Source: Candidatus Latescibacterota bacterium (lineage in GTDB: Bacteria; Latescibacterota; UBA2968; GCA-2709665). From it: 64,000 nt of DNA. A program made the position numbers and the translations under genes. Of the stretch, positions 48,028 to 57,506 are shown piece by piece. A model generated the notes under the pieces. It worked only from the letters and a program-made list of their open reading frames with translations. It was not told the origin of the DNA and did no database searches. Location of the stretch: the NCBI GenBank assembly GCA_965205485.1, contig OZ242180.1, positions 2,368,001 through 2,432,000 of the forward strand. Reading direction: 5' to 3'. Position 1 is the first letter of the stretch. Each line of letters begins with the position of its first letter.

Positions 48028-48231
48028 ATGAAGAGACGCATTGCATCACGCCTTGTAGACACGTCCGGAATTCCGTCTCGGTTGCCCATCCGGACGGAGG
48101 ACCTGACTGACGGGCAGACGGCTCGCATCTCCGGTGGAGCCATACGCTGGCGGGCGATACTGAAAGATGTGTTCGGCATCGATCTGGGCACGAATTTGCC
48201 GGAAACAGGCGCGGCTGGTCCATTGCTGTAG
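48028..48231 (+). CDS. Double-glycine leader peptide precursor P1
   Basis: AAAGGAGGTGA RBS; 37-aa leader ending EDLTDGQTARISGG; core AIRWRAILKDVFGIDLGTNLPETGAAGPLL. Confidence 0.78.
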   Translation: MKRRIASRLVDTSGIPSRLPIRTEDLTDGQTARISGGAIRWRAILKDVFGIDLGTNLPETGAAGPLL

Positions 48232-48315
48232 TATTCGAGTTGCATACCAACCAGGTATGTTGCCTGGAAAATCAAACAGGATGTCATACGGACACAATAG
48301 AAAGGAATTGACGAA

Positions 48316-48504
48316 ATGACGGACCAGATCCTTGCCACGTCAGCTCAGGCATCTGTGGCCTGCGCTCAACTCCCAGAACAAGAAATCGGCCTGGCACGTC
48401 GTGAGATGGTGAATACATCGGGGGGTCTTCTACCACCAATTCCGCTTCCTTTAGCCCGTCTGATTGCCGAGATCATCAAGGATTACCTTGACGACGGGGA
48501 TTGA
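48316..48504 (+). CDS. Double-glycine leader peptide precursor P2
   Basis: AAAGGA RBS; 37-aa leader ending GLARREMVNTSGG; core LLPPIPLPLARLIAEIIKDYLDDGD. Confidence 0.78.
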   Translation: MTDQILATSAQASVACAQLPEQEIGLARREMVNTSGGLLPPIPLPLARLIAEIIKDYLDDGD

Positions 48505-48735
48505 AGTGGGGGCCAACAGGACGAAGTCTCTCCCATTCGCCGGCCTCCGCTGTTGTGAATTCGAACTGAATCTTCAACGACCTCGTTTTTCCAATCTGAT
48601 CTTCTCCAATAGCGAAGACGAAGCCGCAAGGGTCGTCAGCGATCTGAAAACTCAACGAGTTGTGGCGATTCTGGGGAGATCCGAAAACGGCTACTTTCTG
48701 CGCATCGTTGAAGCGGCCAGAAAAAACGTGCATTA

Positions 48736-48936
48736 ATGGCAGAGCGGATTAGTTTTAGGTTTGGGGTGAGTTCTGTGGCCTGCCATCAACCTATCGGAGG
48801 TCTCGGTGCCTCCGGCGCGGTCGGAGATCGCGTAAACGGTTTAGCCGAAATTTTCAGATCCATAGCCGTCTCGTGTTGCCAGCGTTTCGGCGAAGCTACA
48901 AACACAACGGACGTTAACTTCGGGATAATCGACTGA
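48736..48936 (+). pseudogene. Possible decayed paralogue of precursor P2
   Basis: I5, SVAC 13-16 and Q18 in the same register as P2; no intact GG motif or clear RBS. Confidence 0.3.
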
Positions 48937-48953
48937 CTCTACAGGAGGTAATC

Positions 48954-49238
48954 ATGACTCATGCATTGGCGAATCCGATGGCGACTGATGGCGGTCTTAT
49001 GGTCGTAGACTGCAATCCGCTTCAGCGGCAGGAAGAAACGCTTAACAGCGGGCAAATGGGAGACACACAGGGCGGAATCTTGATTGGACCGGCCCTTTAC
49101 TTGATTGCAAAAGCCGCTGCACCCTATGTGGCGGGTGCTGTTACTGCAATCGTCGTTGGAGTGGTTCTCGCTGAGATTGCGCCGAACAACGGGTGCAATA
49201 GCTGTACGTGCAACACAAGGCCACCTGGACGCCGTTAG
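48954..49238 (+). CDS. Double-glycine leader bacteriocin-like precursor P3
   Basis: AGGAGGT RBS; 41-aa leader ending TLNSGQMGDTQGG; hydrophobic core with CNSCTC tail. Confidence 0.82.
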   Translation: MTHALANPMATDGGLMVVDCNPLQRQEETLNSGQMGDTQGGILIGPALYLIAKAAAPYVAGAVTAIVVGVVLAEIAPNNGCNSCTCNTRPPGRR

Positions 49239-49315
49239 GTTTCGTGCGTGGGATAGGAGCGATTTGTTCGCTCCTATCCCACAAAGACCAATAGACACAA
49301 CACTGGAGGTCCCGG

Positions 49316-50128
49316 ATGAAGGACATCATCCACACACGATCGCGGAGGGGTTGGGTCTTCGCGGCCATATCGTACACGCTGTTTTCCGTTGTGCCTGCTC
49401 TGCTGATTCTCAGATACGTCATTCAAATCGATCTTGCGATCCTGACAGCGGTCCTGGCCAGTCAGGCAGTGTCGTTTATAATCTTCCGAAAAAAGCTCTA
49501 TGAAACTGCAGCGGTAATGATGAGCGCGGTCCGCGGATTACTTGAGTCGAGTCCCGGCGCTATTGAACCAGGCCAGGATTCTAACGTCACCGAAGTGATT
49601 CTTGAAAAACAAGAGATGTACAGTTTATACTTTTTGATGTTCTGGATTTCGGGAATGTCTGTCATCGGGGTAGATGCTTTGCTTCCGTGGGCAATAGAAC
49701 TGCGATTTCCTCTTGTTGATCTATGGAAATTGATTGGAGGATTAATCGCCTTGTATGTGATTCACGAAGCGCTTCACGGTCTCGCCGCGATGGCGTGGGG
49801 AAAAATTCCATTTAGTTCGCTGCACTTTGGAATCAACGTGCGATTAATGGCCTTTTACTGCCACGCTGACAAACCGATGACACTGAGCGCATACCGGGCA
49901 TTCGCGCTACTGCCGTTAATCGTAACAACACCTGCCGCGGTTTTAGTTCTGTCGTTTGATCCGGCGATCTGGTCGGTCTTGATACTATGTTCCACGTTTG
50001 CCGGGGGCGCGGGAGATGTGATGGTTTTTTTCAAGGCTCGCAGGTATGACAATGACAGTTGGATTCAGGATCATTTGTCAGAAGTGGGTTTCACAATGTT
50101 TCCCGCAGGGGAGACACCCGCACGCTAA
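49316..50128 (+). CDS. DUF3267 (zincin-like HEXXH) membrane protein
   Basis: GGAGG RBS; IHEALHG, FG...FYCH, ALLP, GGAGD, IQDH..EVG. Confidence 0.85.
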   Translation: MKDIIHTRSRRGWVFAAISYTLFSVVPALLILRYVIQIDLAILTAVLASQAVSFIIFRKKLYETAAVMMSAVRGLLESSPGAIEPGQDSNVTEVILEKQEMYSLYFLMFWISGMSVIGVDALLPWAIELRFPLVDLWKLIGGLIALYVIHEALHGLAAMAWGKIPFSSLHFGINVRLMAFYCHADKPMTLSAYRAFALLPLIVTTPAAVLVLSFDPAIWSVLILCSTFAGGAGDVMVFFKARRYDNDSWIQDHLSEVGFTMFPAGETPAR

Positions 50129-50249
50129 GCGACCGTAAACGGAACCGCTACAAGGGTATCCGGCAGGCGCATTACAAGAACATGGATGACTTCCACGACG
50201 TTCGGTTAAGGTAGTTCCACCTAACATCCCGCCGGCATCTACAATCGAT

Positions 50250-50851
50250 ATGGATTCACAAGAGATCACCAACAGGGATTCCCACGAGGTCCTCACGATC
50301 CGGACAGGCGCGCTTGCGATGTTCCTGCTTTCGCTTGTGATGTTTTTTGTCGCGGTAAACGTGGCCCGTGTGGTGCACTCGGGCTTGTCCGGATGGAATA
50401 TTGACCTCCAGCCGGACAGTTTCAATCTGTGGGTGTTTCTGGGAAGTCTCGTCTTGCTGGTGGTTGTCCACGAAGCGTTGCATGCCCTGGCCGCATTGCT
50501 GTGGGAAAGGCGCATTTAAGTTCGATTCGTTTCGGGTACAATTTGAAATGGCTCATCGCCTACTGTCATTGCTCGAGCCTGATGAGGAAGCGCGCCTTTC
50601 GCAGATTCCTGCTGTTGCCCCTCGCGGTCACAGTGCCGTTTGCCGGTCTTTTCCTTCTGTTGTACCCGTTTTTGTGGACACTCCTGCTCTTCAGTTTGAG
50701 TTTTTCTGCATGTGCGGGGGATGTGTTGATTGATTTCAAGGTCCAGAATTTGCCCGCCGACCTGTGGGTTCAGGATCACCCTTCGGAAATCGGATGCTAT
50801 GTCTGGCCTGAAGGGCAATCTCCGCCAGGTGGTGGAGTGTATCGGGGGTAG
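50250..50851 (+). pseudogene. Second DUF3267 protein, split by a 1-nt frameshift at ~50503-50505
   Basis: VHEALHA in one frame continues as GKAHLSSIRFG..AYCH..CAGD..VQDHPSEIG in another. Confidence 0.8.
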
Positions 50852-51276
50852 CGTTCACTGCGCTAGGACTGTGGTGGTTTGCCCGGGTTTCACAGACCGC
50901 GCAACGTGTTTCCGATGGCCAGGATCCGCTTGCGGATGCCGAGACCGATGCAGTTTAGGGCCTGATCGGTTGCTCTTGGCCGTGATCATAGTCGAATCGG
51001 ACAGGGGTTACTCAAGCCTGGCGTTTGGTCGATAATACGCAATGGAATACTAAATATAATATGTTTCAATACTAATTATAGTATGTATCGGCAAGTATTC
51101 GCGGACTTCGGGCGTGGCAAGCTAGAATTGAGCGGCTTGTTAAGGATTGCCCTTCGAGGCCGGAAAATCCCGGATCTCCGGCAGGAAGAACCCCTGGTAA
51201 CCGGCGAATCGCCCTCGGTCGGAAATCGATCTACATCCGGAAACGCCAATAATCCTTCCATTTCGGGAAAGGAACT

Positions 51277-54200
51277 ATGGACGTCTTTACCCACTTTTCT
51301 CAGGCGTCGAATCAAACGGAATCCGTACGGTTTCGCTTCGGAGAGATTGTAATTGTACAAGGGGCGCCTGGCGATGCGTTCTACATGCTAAAATCGGGCC
51401 GGCTGCGAGTAATCAAACGGAATACGGACGGCCAACCTGAAACCGTGGGATTTCTTTATGCCGGCGACCACTTTGGCGAGGGCGCGCTGTTGACGGGGCA
51501 GGGACATCGGGCGGTGGTGCGAGCCGCGGAGGATTCCGTGGTGCTGAAGGTGTCGCGGGATGAATTCCTCGATGTATTGAAGAAGGAGCCGGAGCTGGAG
51601 GCCTATCTGCAGGACCAGGTTGCGAATATCGCGTACCGGGACTTCACGAGGTATCTGAAGGGGTCCGTTTCCGGGGATGGCATGCGGGAGCTGTTCCAAC
51701 GTCTGAAGCGAGAGGAGGTCGCAGCGGGCGCGTCGTTCACGCAATCCGGTCACACGAGCGAGCGTTTCTGCGTGGTGGGCAGCGGCGGGTTGGACGTGAT
51801 GCTTGAGGACGGAAGCACGCACTCGCTCGACGCCGGGGATTTTTTCGAAGAGACGGATTCTACTGTCGGCGGCTCACGGACGATCCGCAGCCGGGTGAAT
51901 AGCGTTATCTACGTCTTGGAAAAGCCTGACCTGGAAAGCCTGAGTCAATCAATCCTTGCATTAACGCCCTTGAGAGAGATGGCACGGCGATTGTACAAGG
52001 AACCGGCACCGGACAGGTCGATGTCCCGCGAGATTCAATCGGGCGGAATTCACGTCCACACGGAAACGGCGGCGGTGAACAACGCCGTTGCGGCGAACGG
52101 CGGGCCATACGATGTCCCGAATTCCAGGACATCTGACGAGCAGCGCAGAACATCGACGGCGTTTCGTTTTCCGTTTCTGAAACAACACGATCAGTCCGAC
52201 TGCGGGGCGGCGTGTCTGGGGATGATCTGCAAGTATTTCAGGATGCCGATCGGGTTGAACCGGCTGCGGGACATGTGCAACGTGTCGCGGGACGGCACGT
52301 CGATGGCGGCATTGGCAGAAGCGGCGGAGACGCTTGGATTTGTCACGCGGGGCGTGCGCACCGGCTACGAAGCGTTGATGCGAACGGAATTGCCGGCCAT
52401 TCTGCACTGGGAAGGCAACCATTTCGTTGTCCTGTATGAGATCAACAAGAAGGGTGTGAAAATCGCGGATCCGGGCGTGGGTATTCGCAGATTGGCCCGG
52501 AGGGAGTTCGAGAAGAGCTGGACCAACATGGCGTTGCTCCTTGAATACACGGATCAAGTGGCGGAGAATGAACCCTCCAGATCTTCCTTCAAGCGTTTTT
52601 TCCCGTTGATCAAGCCCTATACGGCCATTCTGGTCGAGGTCCTGCTGGCGTCCCTGGTACTCAGCCTGTTGGGCCTTGCCTCGCCGGTTTTTACGCAAAC
52701 TATAGTCGACCAGGTGCTGGTGCATCACGACGAGGACCTTCTGAACCTGATGCTCGCGGGTATGGTCGTCGTGGCGCTCTTCCAGATGGGGACATCGACG
52801 CTGCGCGCGTATCTGATCGGATATATCAGCGCCAGGTTGAGCCTCACGATGTTGTCGCGGTTCTACCGCCATCTGCTGGGCCTGTCCATGCGGTTCTTTG
52901 CGTTGCGCCGCACCGGCGATCTGACCACGCGATTCAAGGAAAACGCGACGATCCAGCGGCTCTTCACCGACACGACCATTTCGGCGATCCTCGATTTTAT
53001 CATGTTGTTCGTCTATCTTGGGCTGATGTTCTACTACAATTGGGAGTTGACGCTCGTGATGTTGATTTTCGTGCCGCTCTCGGTAGGGCTCACGCTGATC
53101 TATACCCCGATCCTGAAGTCCTTCAGCCAGCGGGCATTTCTCGCTCGCGCCGAACAGTCCTCCGTACTGATCGATTCGCTGCACGGAATCGACGTTGTGA
53201 AAGCCGAAGCGGTCGAACGGGTAACGAGATGGCAGTGGGAGGGCAAATTTACAAGGGAAATCCAGATCGGATTCCGACGATTGAAAATGGAGATGCTGTT
53301 CGGCGCAGGCGGTAGTATGATCAATCTCCTGAGTTCCACGGTGATTCTGTGGTATGGCGCCTCTCTGGTTATCGACGGTGAGTTGTCAGTCGGTCAATTG
53401 ATGGCTTTCAATGCCCTTATCGGCAACGTGATGGGACCCATAATGGGATTGATCGGCGTGTGGCCCGAGGTTCAGGAAGCCCGGGTCGCCCTGGACAGGC
53501 TGAATGACGTCTATGACTCTAAGATGGAAAGTGCGCGCCAGCGCGGACACGGCCTGAGACTGAAGCAGGTTGAAGGCCGTCTGATTTTCGAAAACGTGTT
53601 CTTCAGGTACGGCGTTGGAACCGATGAACCCTACGTCTTGAACAACATCGACCTGGAACTGAAGCCTGGACGAAAGGTCGCCATCGTCGGCCGCAGCGGC
53701 GCCGGAAAAACCACGCTCGTCAAGCTCGTGCCCCGCCTGTTCGATCCCACGGAAGGGCGCGTGCTGCTGGACGGGATGGATATGCGCGATTTCGACCCTC
53801 ACTGGCTGCGCCGCCAGGTGGGCATGGTTATGCAGGACTCTTTTCTATTCAGCGGAACCATTGCGGAGAACATCGCGGTCGGAGAACCGGACGCGAATAT
53901 GGACCGCCTCCTGGAAGTCGCGAAATTGGCATGCGTTCACGACTTCGTAAACGAGATGCCCCTGGGATACGAGACGAAGGTGGGCGAACAGGGAATCGGA
54001 TTGTCCGGCGGCCAGCGGCAACGTGTTGCGATCGCGCGCGCGCTGTACCGCGATCCGGGAATACTGATCTTCGACGAAGCGACAAATGCGCTGGATACGG
54101 ACTCGGAGGCTGCGATCCAGACCAATCTGGCGCTGTTCCTGGAAAATCGCACGTCCCTGGTCATCGCCCATCGCCTGAGCACGGTGAGGGATGCGGACAC

Positions 54201-54312
54201 GATTCTCGTAATGGAAAAGGGCCACATTCTCGACACCGGCACGCACGAAGAACTGATGCTTCGACGGGGTCTTTACTATCACATGTGCAGCCAGCAGTTG
54301 CAGCTGACCTGA
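51277..54312 (+). CDS. Peptidase-containing ABC transporter with N-terminal cNMP-binding domains (cNMP-cNMP-C39-TMD-NBD)
   Basis: GDHFGEGAL..HRA; KQHDQSDCGAACL, HWEGNHFVV, IADP; GRSGAGKT, LSGGQRQR. Confidence 0.93.
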   Translation: MDVFTHFSQASNQTESVRFRFGEIVIVQGAPGDAFYMLKSGRLRVIKRNTDGQPETVGFLYAGDHFGEGALLTGQGHRAVVRAAEDSVVLKVSRDEFLDVLKKEPELEAYLQDQVANIAYRDFTRYLKGSVSGDGMRELFQRLKREEVAAGASFTQSGHTSERFCVVGSGGLDVMLEDGSTHSLDAGDFFEETDSTVGGSRTIRSRVNSVIYVLEKPDLESLSQSILALTPLREMARRLYKEPAPDRSMSREIQSGGIHVHTETAAVNNAVAANGGPYDVPNSRTSDEQRRTSTAFRFPFLKQHDQSDCGAACLGMICKYFRMPIGLNRLRDMCNVSRDGTSMAALAEAAETLGFVTRGVRTGYEALMRTELPAILHWEGNHFVVLYEINKKGVKIADPGVGIRRLARREFEKSWTNMALLLEYTDQVAENEPSRSSFKRFFPLIKPYTAILVEVLLASLVLSLLGLASPVFTQTIVDQVLVHHDEDLLNLMLAGMVVVALFQMGTSTLRAYLIGYISARLSLTMLSRFYRHLLGLSMRFFALRRTGDLTTRFKENATIQRLFTDTTISAILDFIMLFVYLGLMFYYNWELTLVMLIFVPLSVGLTLIYTPILKSFSQRAFLARAEQSSVLIDSLHGIDVVKAEAVERVTRWQWEGKFTREIQIGFRRLKMEMLFGAGGSMINLLSSTVILWYGASLVIDGELSVGQLMAFNALIGNVMGPIMGLIGVWPEVQEARVALDRLNDVYDSKMESARQRGHGLRLKQVEGRLIFENVFFRYGVGTDEPYVLNNIDLELKPGRKVAIVGRSGAGKTTLVKLVPRLFDPTEGRVLLDGMDMRDFDPHWLRRQVGMVMQDSFLFSGTIAENIAVGEPDANMDRLLEVAKLACVHDFVNEMPLGYETKVGEQGIGLSGGQRQRVAIARALYRDPGILIFDEATNALDTDSEAAIQTNLALFLENRTSLVIAHRLSTVRDADTILVMEKGHILDTGTHEELMLRRGLYYHMCSQQLQLT

Positions 54313-54339
54313 ACTTTCGGCTGACGAGGAGCCGGTCGG

Positions 54340-55743
54340 ATGGCGGAACCGCGACAATTGGCGTCTTCGGGAGCGTCGTCGCCGATGCATCTGCCCGCGC
54401 GGGAGCAGGTTTCGGAGGAGATGCAGGCGTTTTTCGGGTCGCTGAGGCCGTTCTGGGGGCGGGCGCTGCTCTACGTCGTTCTTCTGTTTGTCGGGATCGC
54501 GGTGTTCTGGGCATGGCGGGGCAAGGTGGACGTTGTGGCTTCGGCGCCGTTTCAACTGGTGCCGATGGGGAAGGTGAAGACGTTGCAGGCGCGCCGCGGC
54601 GGCGAGATCGAGCACATCGGCGTCAGCGAGGGCGATCGCATCGAAGAGGGGCAGTTGCTGTTCAAGCTGAAGTCTTGGGAAACCTGGGGAGACCTTCGAG
54701 AGCTGGAACAGGCGGAAATGGCGTATCAACAGGCCGGATACGACTTCAAACAGGTATTGCCCCGGAGATCGGAATTGAACCTGGAGACGATCGCGTCGCT
54801 CGAAAAGCGACTGGCCGTTCTGCAGCGGTTCATGGCGGCGCATCAGAACGCCCTCAGGGACTACCACGACGACGCGGGTGATGCCGAAGGATCCGGAAGT
54901 GACAATTCCGAGGCGGAACTGCAGGCACAGATCGGCTTCAGGCAGGCGGAAATCGATCACTTGAAGCAGGACTATCTTCAGCAGAAGGCATTGTTCCAGA
55001 GGAAACTGATCAGCCGGGTGGATATCAATCAGGCGCGTGTACGGTACCTGAGCGCACTCGCAGCGCTTCCGGGACGCATGTCGGAAATATACAGGAACGA
55101 AACGGCCGTCCAGGACCTCAAACGTCAGATTCTGGAGGCGCGAATCGAGCACGGCCGCGAGGCGTCAAAGATGAAACACGCGTACGAAACCGCGCGATTG
55201 AGACTGGAGCAGGCGCGCAAACGCGTCGACCGCCGGCTGGAAGCGGAGTCGGACCTCATATTGGCGCCGGAATCCGGCATTGTAACGCGGGTGGAGGTGA
55301 ATGCGCTCGGACAGGTTATCAGCAAAGGGCAGGCGCTGGTTTCAGTAGCGCCGGCGTCCGCTCCGATCGTCGCCGAGCTTACGGTATTGAACAGGGACGT
55401 GGGCATGCTGAAACCGGGTCAGATCGTGAAGCTGAAATACGACGCCTTCGCATTCCAGGATTTCGGAATCAAACGCGGGTGGCTCAAACAGATCTCGCCG
55501 GATGCCGTCATCGATGAGATTGTCGGACCGGTTTTCAGGGGTGTCGTTGAATTGGAAGAAACCACCGTGGACGTAAAGGGACAGGAGAAACCGCTCCGGT
55601 TCGGCATGAAGGGCACCGCGGAGATCATGACGGACCGCCAATCCGTCCTGCTGATGCTTCTGAGTCCTCTGCGAAGGCTTTACGAGTCAGCATCGTACGA
55701 CGCCGTAAAGTCGGCGGCAGCTCAGCCGGAGGATTCGTTATGA
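54340..55743 (+). CDS. HlyD family secretion adaptor
   Basis: Single TM, lipoyl half-motifs, coiled coil, LKYDAFAFQDFG, ISPDA, GMKGTAEI. Confidence 0.92.
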   Translation: MAEPRQLASSGASSPMHLPAREQVSEEMQAFFGSLRPFWGRALLYVVLLFVGIAVFWAWRGKVDVVASAPFQLVPMGKVKTLQARRGGEIEHIGVSEGDRIEEGQLLFKLKSWETWGDLRELEQAEMAYQQAGYDFKQVLPRRSELNLETIASLEKRLAVLQRFMAAHQNALRDYHDDAGDAEGSGSDNSEAELQAQIGFRQAEIDHLKQDYLQQKALFQRKLISRVDINQARVRYLSALAALPGRMSEIYRNETAVQDLKRQILEARIEHGREASKMKHAYETARLRLEQARKRVDRRLEAESDLILAPESGIVTRVEVNALGQVISKGQALVSVAPASAPIVAELTVLNRDVGMLKPGQIVKLKYDAFAFQDFGIKRGWLKQISPDAVIDEIVGPVFRGVVELEETTVDVKGQEKPLRFGMKGTAEIMTDRQSVLLMLLSPLRRLYESASYDAVKSAAAQPEDSL

Positions 55744-56555
55744 CTCCTCGCGCGGAAGATGGGAACCCGATTCCTTCCCGGGAAATCACGCTCGTCCAGG
55801 TCAATGGCGCCGGTGTGTCGCTGAGTCAGGTCGTCCGTCAACTGGGGGTCGTCGACAAACTCGATTTCTTCGGTGAATTCGCGCGCAGAGAACTCGTGCG
55901 CCAGCTTGCGGTCCGGGAAGGCATCCGTTCAAAACCGGAAGACATCCAGCGCGACGTGGACGACTGGCGCTATCGACATCGCCTGGAACGTGTTGAAGAC
56001 ACGGAAGCGTGGCTCCGGTCCCGAGGCATTACCCTCGGCGACGTCGCAGAAGACGCTCAGGCGAAACGGTTGGAGCGTGCGTTGTCCGACAAGGTCGTGG
56101 ACAGAAGGATCCAACCGTACTTCGCTCAGCACAAGCTGGATTTCGACGAGGCGGAAGTCAGCTGGATTTTTCACCGTAATAGAGGCGTGATAGAAGAAAT
56201 CGGGCTTCAGGCCATAGAAGAAGGCGCTGATTTTTGCAGAATGGCCCGCGAGTACTCACAAGATGAACGCACGCGTCCGTCCGGCGGGTTTGTCGGGCGC
56301 GTTCGACGCGGACAGTTGCCGAAGGGTATTGCGGCGCGCCTCTTCGCCGCCGAACCTGGTGAAGTTTTCGGACCCGAAAAGGCATCGGGCGGCTTCGCGT
56401 TGTATATGCTGCAGCGGAACTTTCCGGCAGTCCTTGATGATAGCGTTTCAAATGAGATTCGCGATACGCTATTCAGTCAGTGGCTGCAGAGTGAGTTTCA
56501 GCGGGCGGAAATACACTACCCGATCTGGGAAACCGCGAAGGCGGTCCAGGAGTAG
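55740..56555 (+). CDS. PpiC-type peptidylprolyl isomerase-related maturation protein
   Basis: WRYRHRL..WL..GITL, DFCRMAREYSQD..GGFVG, EVFGP; coupled to HlyD. Confidence 0.82.
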   Translation: MTPRAEDGNPIPSREITLVQVNGAGVSLSQVVRQLGVVDKLDFFGEFARRELVRQLAVREGIRSKPEDIQRDVDDWRYRHRLERVEDTEAWLRSRGITLGDVAEDAQAKRLERALSDKVVDRRIQPYFAQHKLDFDEAEVSWIFHRNRGVIEEIGLQAIEEGADFCRMAREYSQDERTRPSGGFVGRVRRGQLPKGIAARLFAAEPGEVFGPEKASGGFALYMLQRNFPAVLDDSVSNEIRDTLFSQWLQSEFQRAEIHYPIWETAKAVQE

Positions 56556-56741
56556 GCGGGAGACGTGGCACGGTGACGGGTCCCTTCGCCGATGGCGACC
56601 GTTCAGTCGTTGAGGCGCGAACATCATATCCCCATGTCGTTTCGTTGCATCAGGCCGTTGATTCAGTATTTCGACGTGGGCTGCGTAAGCATCTACGCCG
56701 ATTTCAGATCGACCCGTTTCTGCAGAAATGCAAATTAGCCC

Positions 56742-56770
56742 TTGTCATTCACAAGAGCGGAAACTATATT
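56742..56770 (+). promoter_or_regulatory. sigma70 promoter of the candidate ncRNA
   Basis: TTGTCA, 17 bp spacer, TATATT. Confidence 0.55.
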
Positions 56771-56774
56771 CCGG

Positions 56775-56990
56775 TTGTCACCACTCGGGCAGTGCCCGTA
56801 TGTCGGGTAGCCTACCGAATACAATAGCCGACATTCAGGGGCAAGGGTAGCTCCCTTGTCCCCGGCGAATACGTAGGACCTTCCCGCATCCTAAAAGCTG
56901 CGTGAGTGGTGACACTGCCCGGCACCCTTTAATCGGGGTGCCGCTAAGATGCTCATCACTGAACGGCGGGGGATGAAGCGGGATTTTTTT
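56775..56990 (+). ncRNA. Candidate highly structured ncRNA (family unassigned)
   Basis: GTCACCACTC/GAGTGGTGAC closing stem enclosing several hairpins; GGCACCC/GGGTGCC hairpin; T run near 56990. Confidence 0.5.
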
Positions 56991-57104
56991 ATGCCCTTCG
57001 CTGTTGGTCCTCCTCAACATCCATCGCGTGTCAACGTCTTCCGTTGCAGTGCCAAGCCGCTGACTTTGTCGTAAGACGCCTACAACATTGGGTCGGCGCC
57101 AGGC

Positions 57105-57139
57105 GTTGCAGAATGCGCCATACGATGCAAAATGCATCA
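57105..57139 (+). promoter_or_regulatory. Putative enhancer-binding-protein sites (two copies)
   Basis: GTTGCAGAATGCGCCA and GATGCAAAATGCATCA. Confidence 0.5.
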
Positions 57140-57332
57140 CATGTTAACGCGCGCGTTCCAGCTACGCAAAAAAAGCACGCAGACACGGGTTTCATCTCAC
57201 GTCCGCGCCGGCGTACCGGTATTTTCCTTGAAGCGTCGAGACGCAAATCGCTACACGTCCGCTTCTCTTCAAAGCGCCTCACCATTTTAGCCAAATGCTT
57301 TATATACTTTAAGTTATTCGCTTATTCAAATC

Positions 57333-57348
57333 TGGCTCGCATTTTGCA
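57333..57348 (+). promoter_or_regulatory. sigma54 promoter upstream of the CPBP protease pair
   Basis: TGGCTCGCATTTTGCA (GG-N10-GC), preceded by an AT-rich tract. Confidence 0.65.
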
Positions 57349-57506
57349 TATCGACCTGGATTGTTCGACACCCAAACAGGACACCGAATGCGACCGCGGC
57401 AAGAGGACTGCCGGAGTTGCGGGCTCGATGAAATCCGCCGCTCGCGCCGGAATGCGGGGTCGTTGGATCCACTTTCGTCCGGTCGCATCAATAGGGGAGG
57501 GAATAA

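Noticed and set aside
50503..50509. GGGAAAG as a programmed -1 slippery heptamer
   Set aside because: The zero frame reads TGG GAA AGG, so the heptamer is in the wrong phase for tandem slippage
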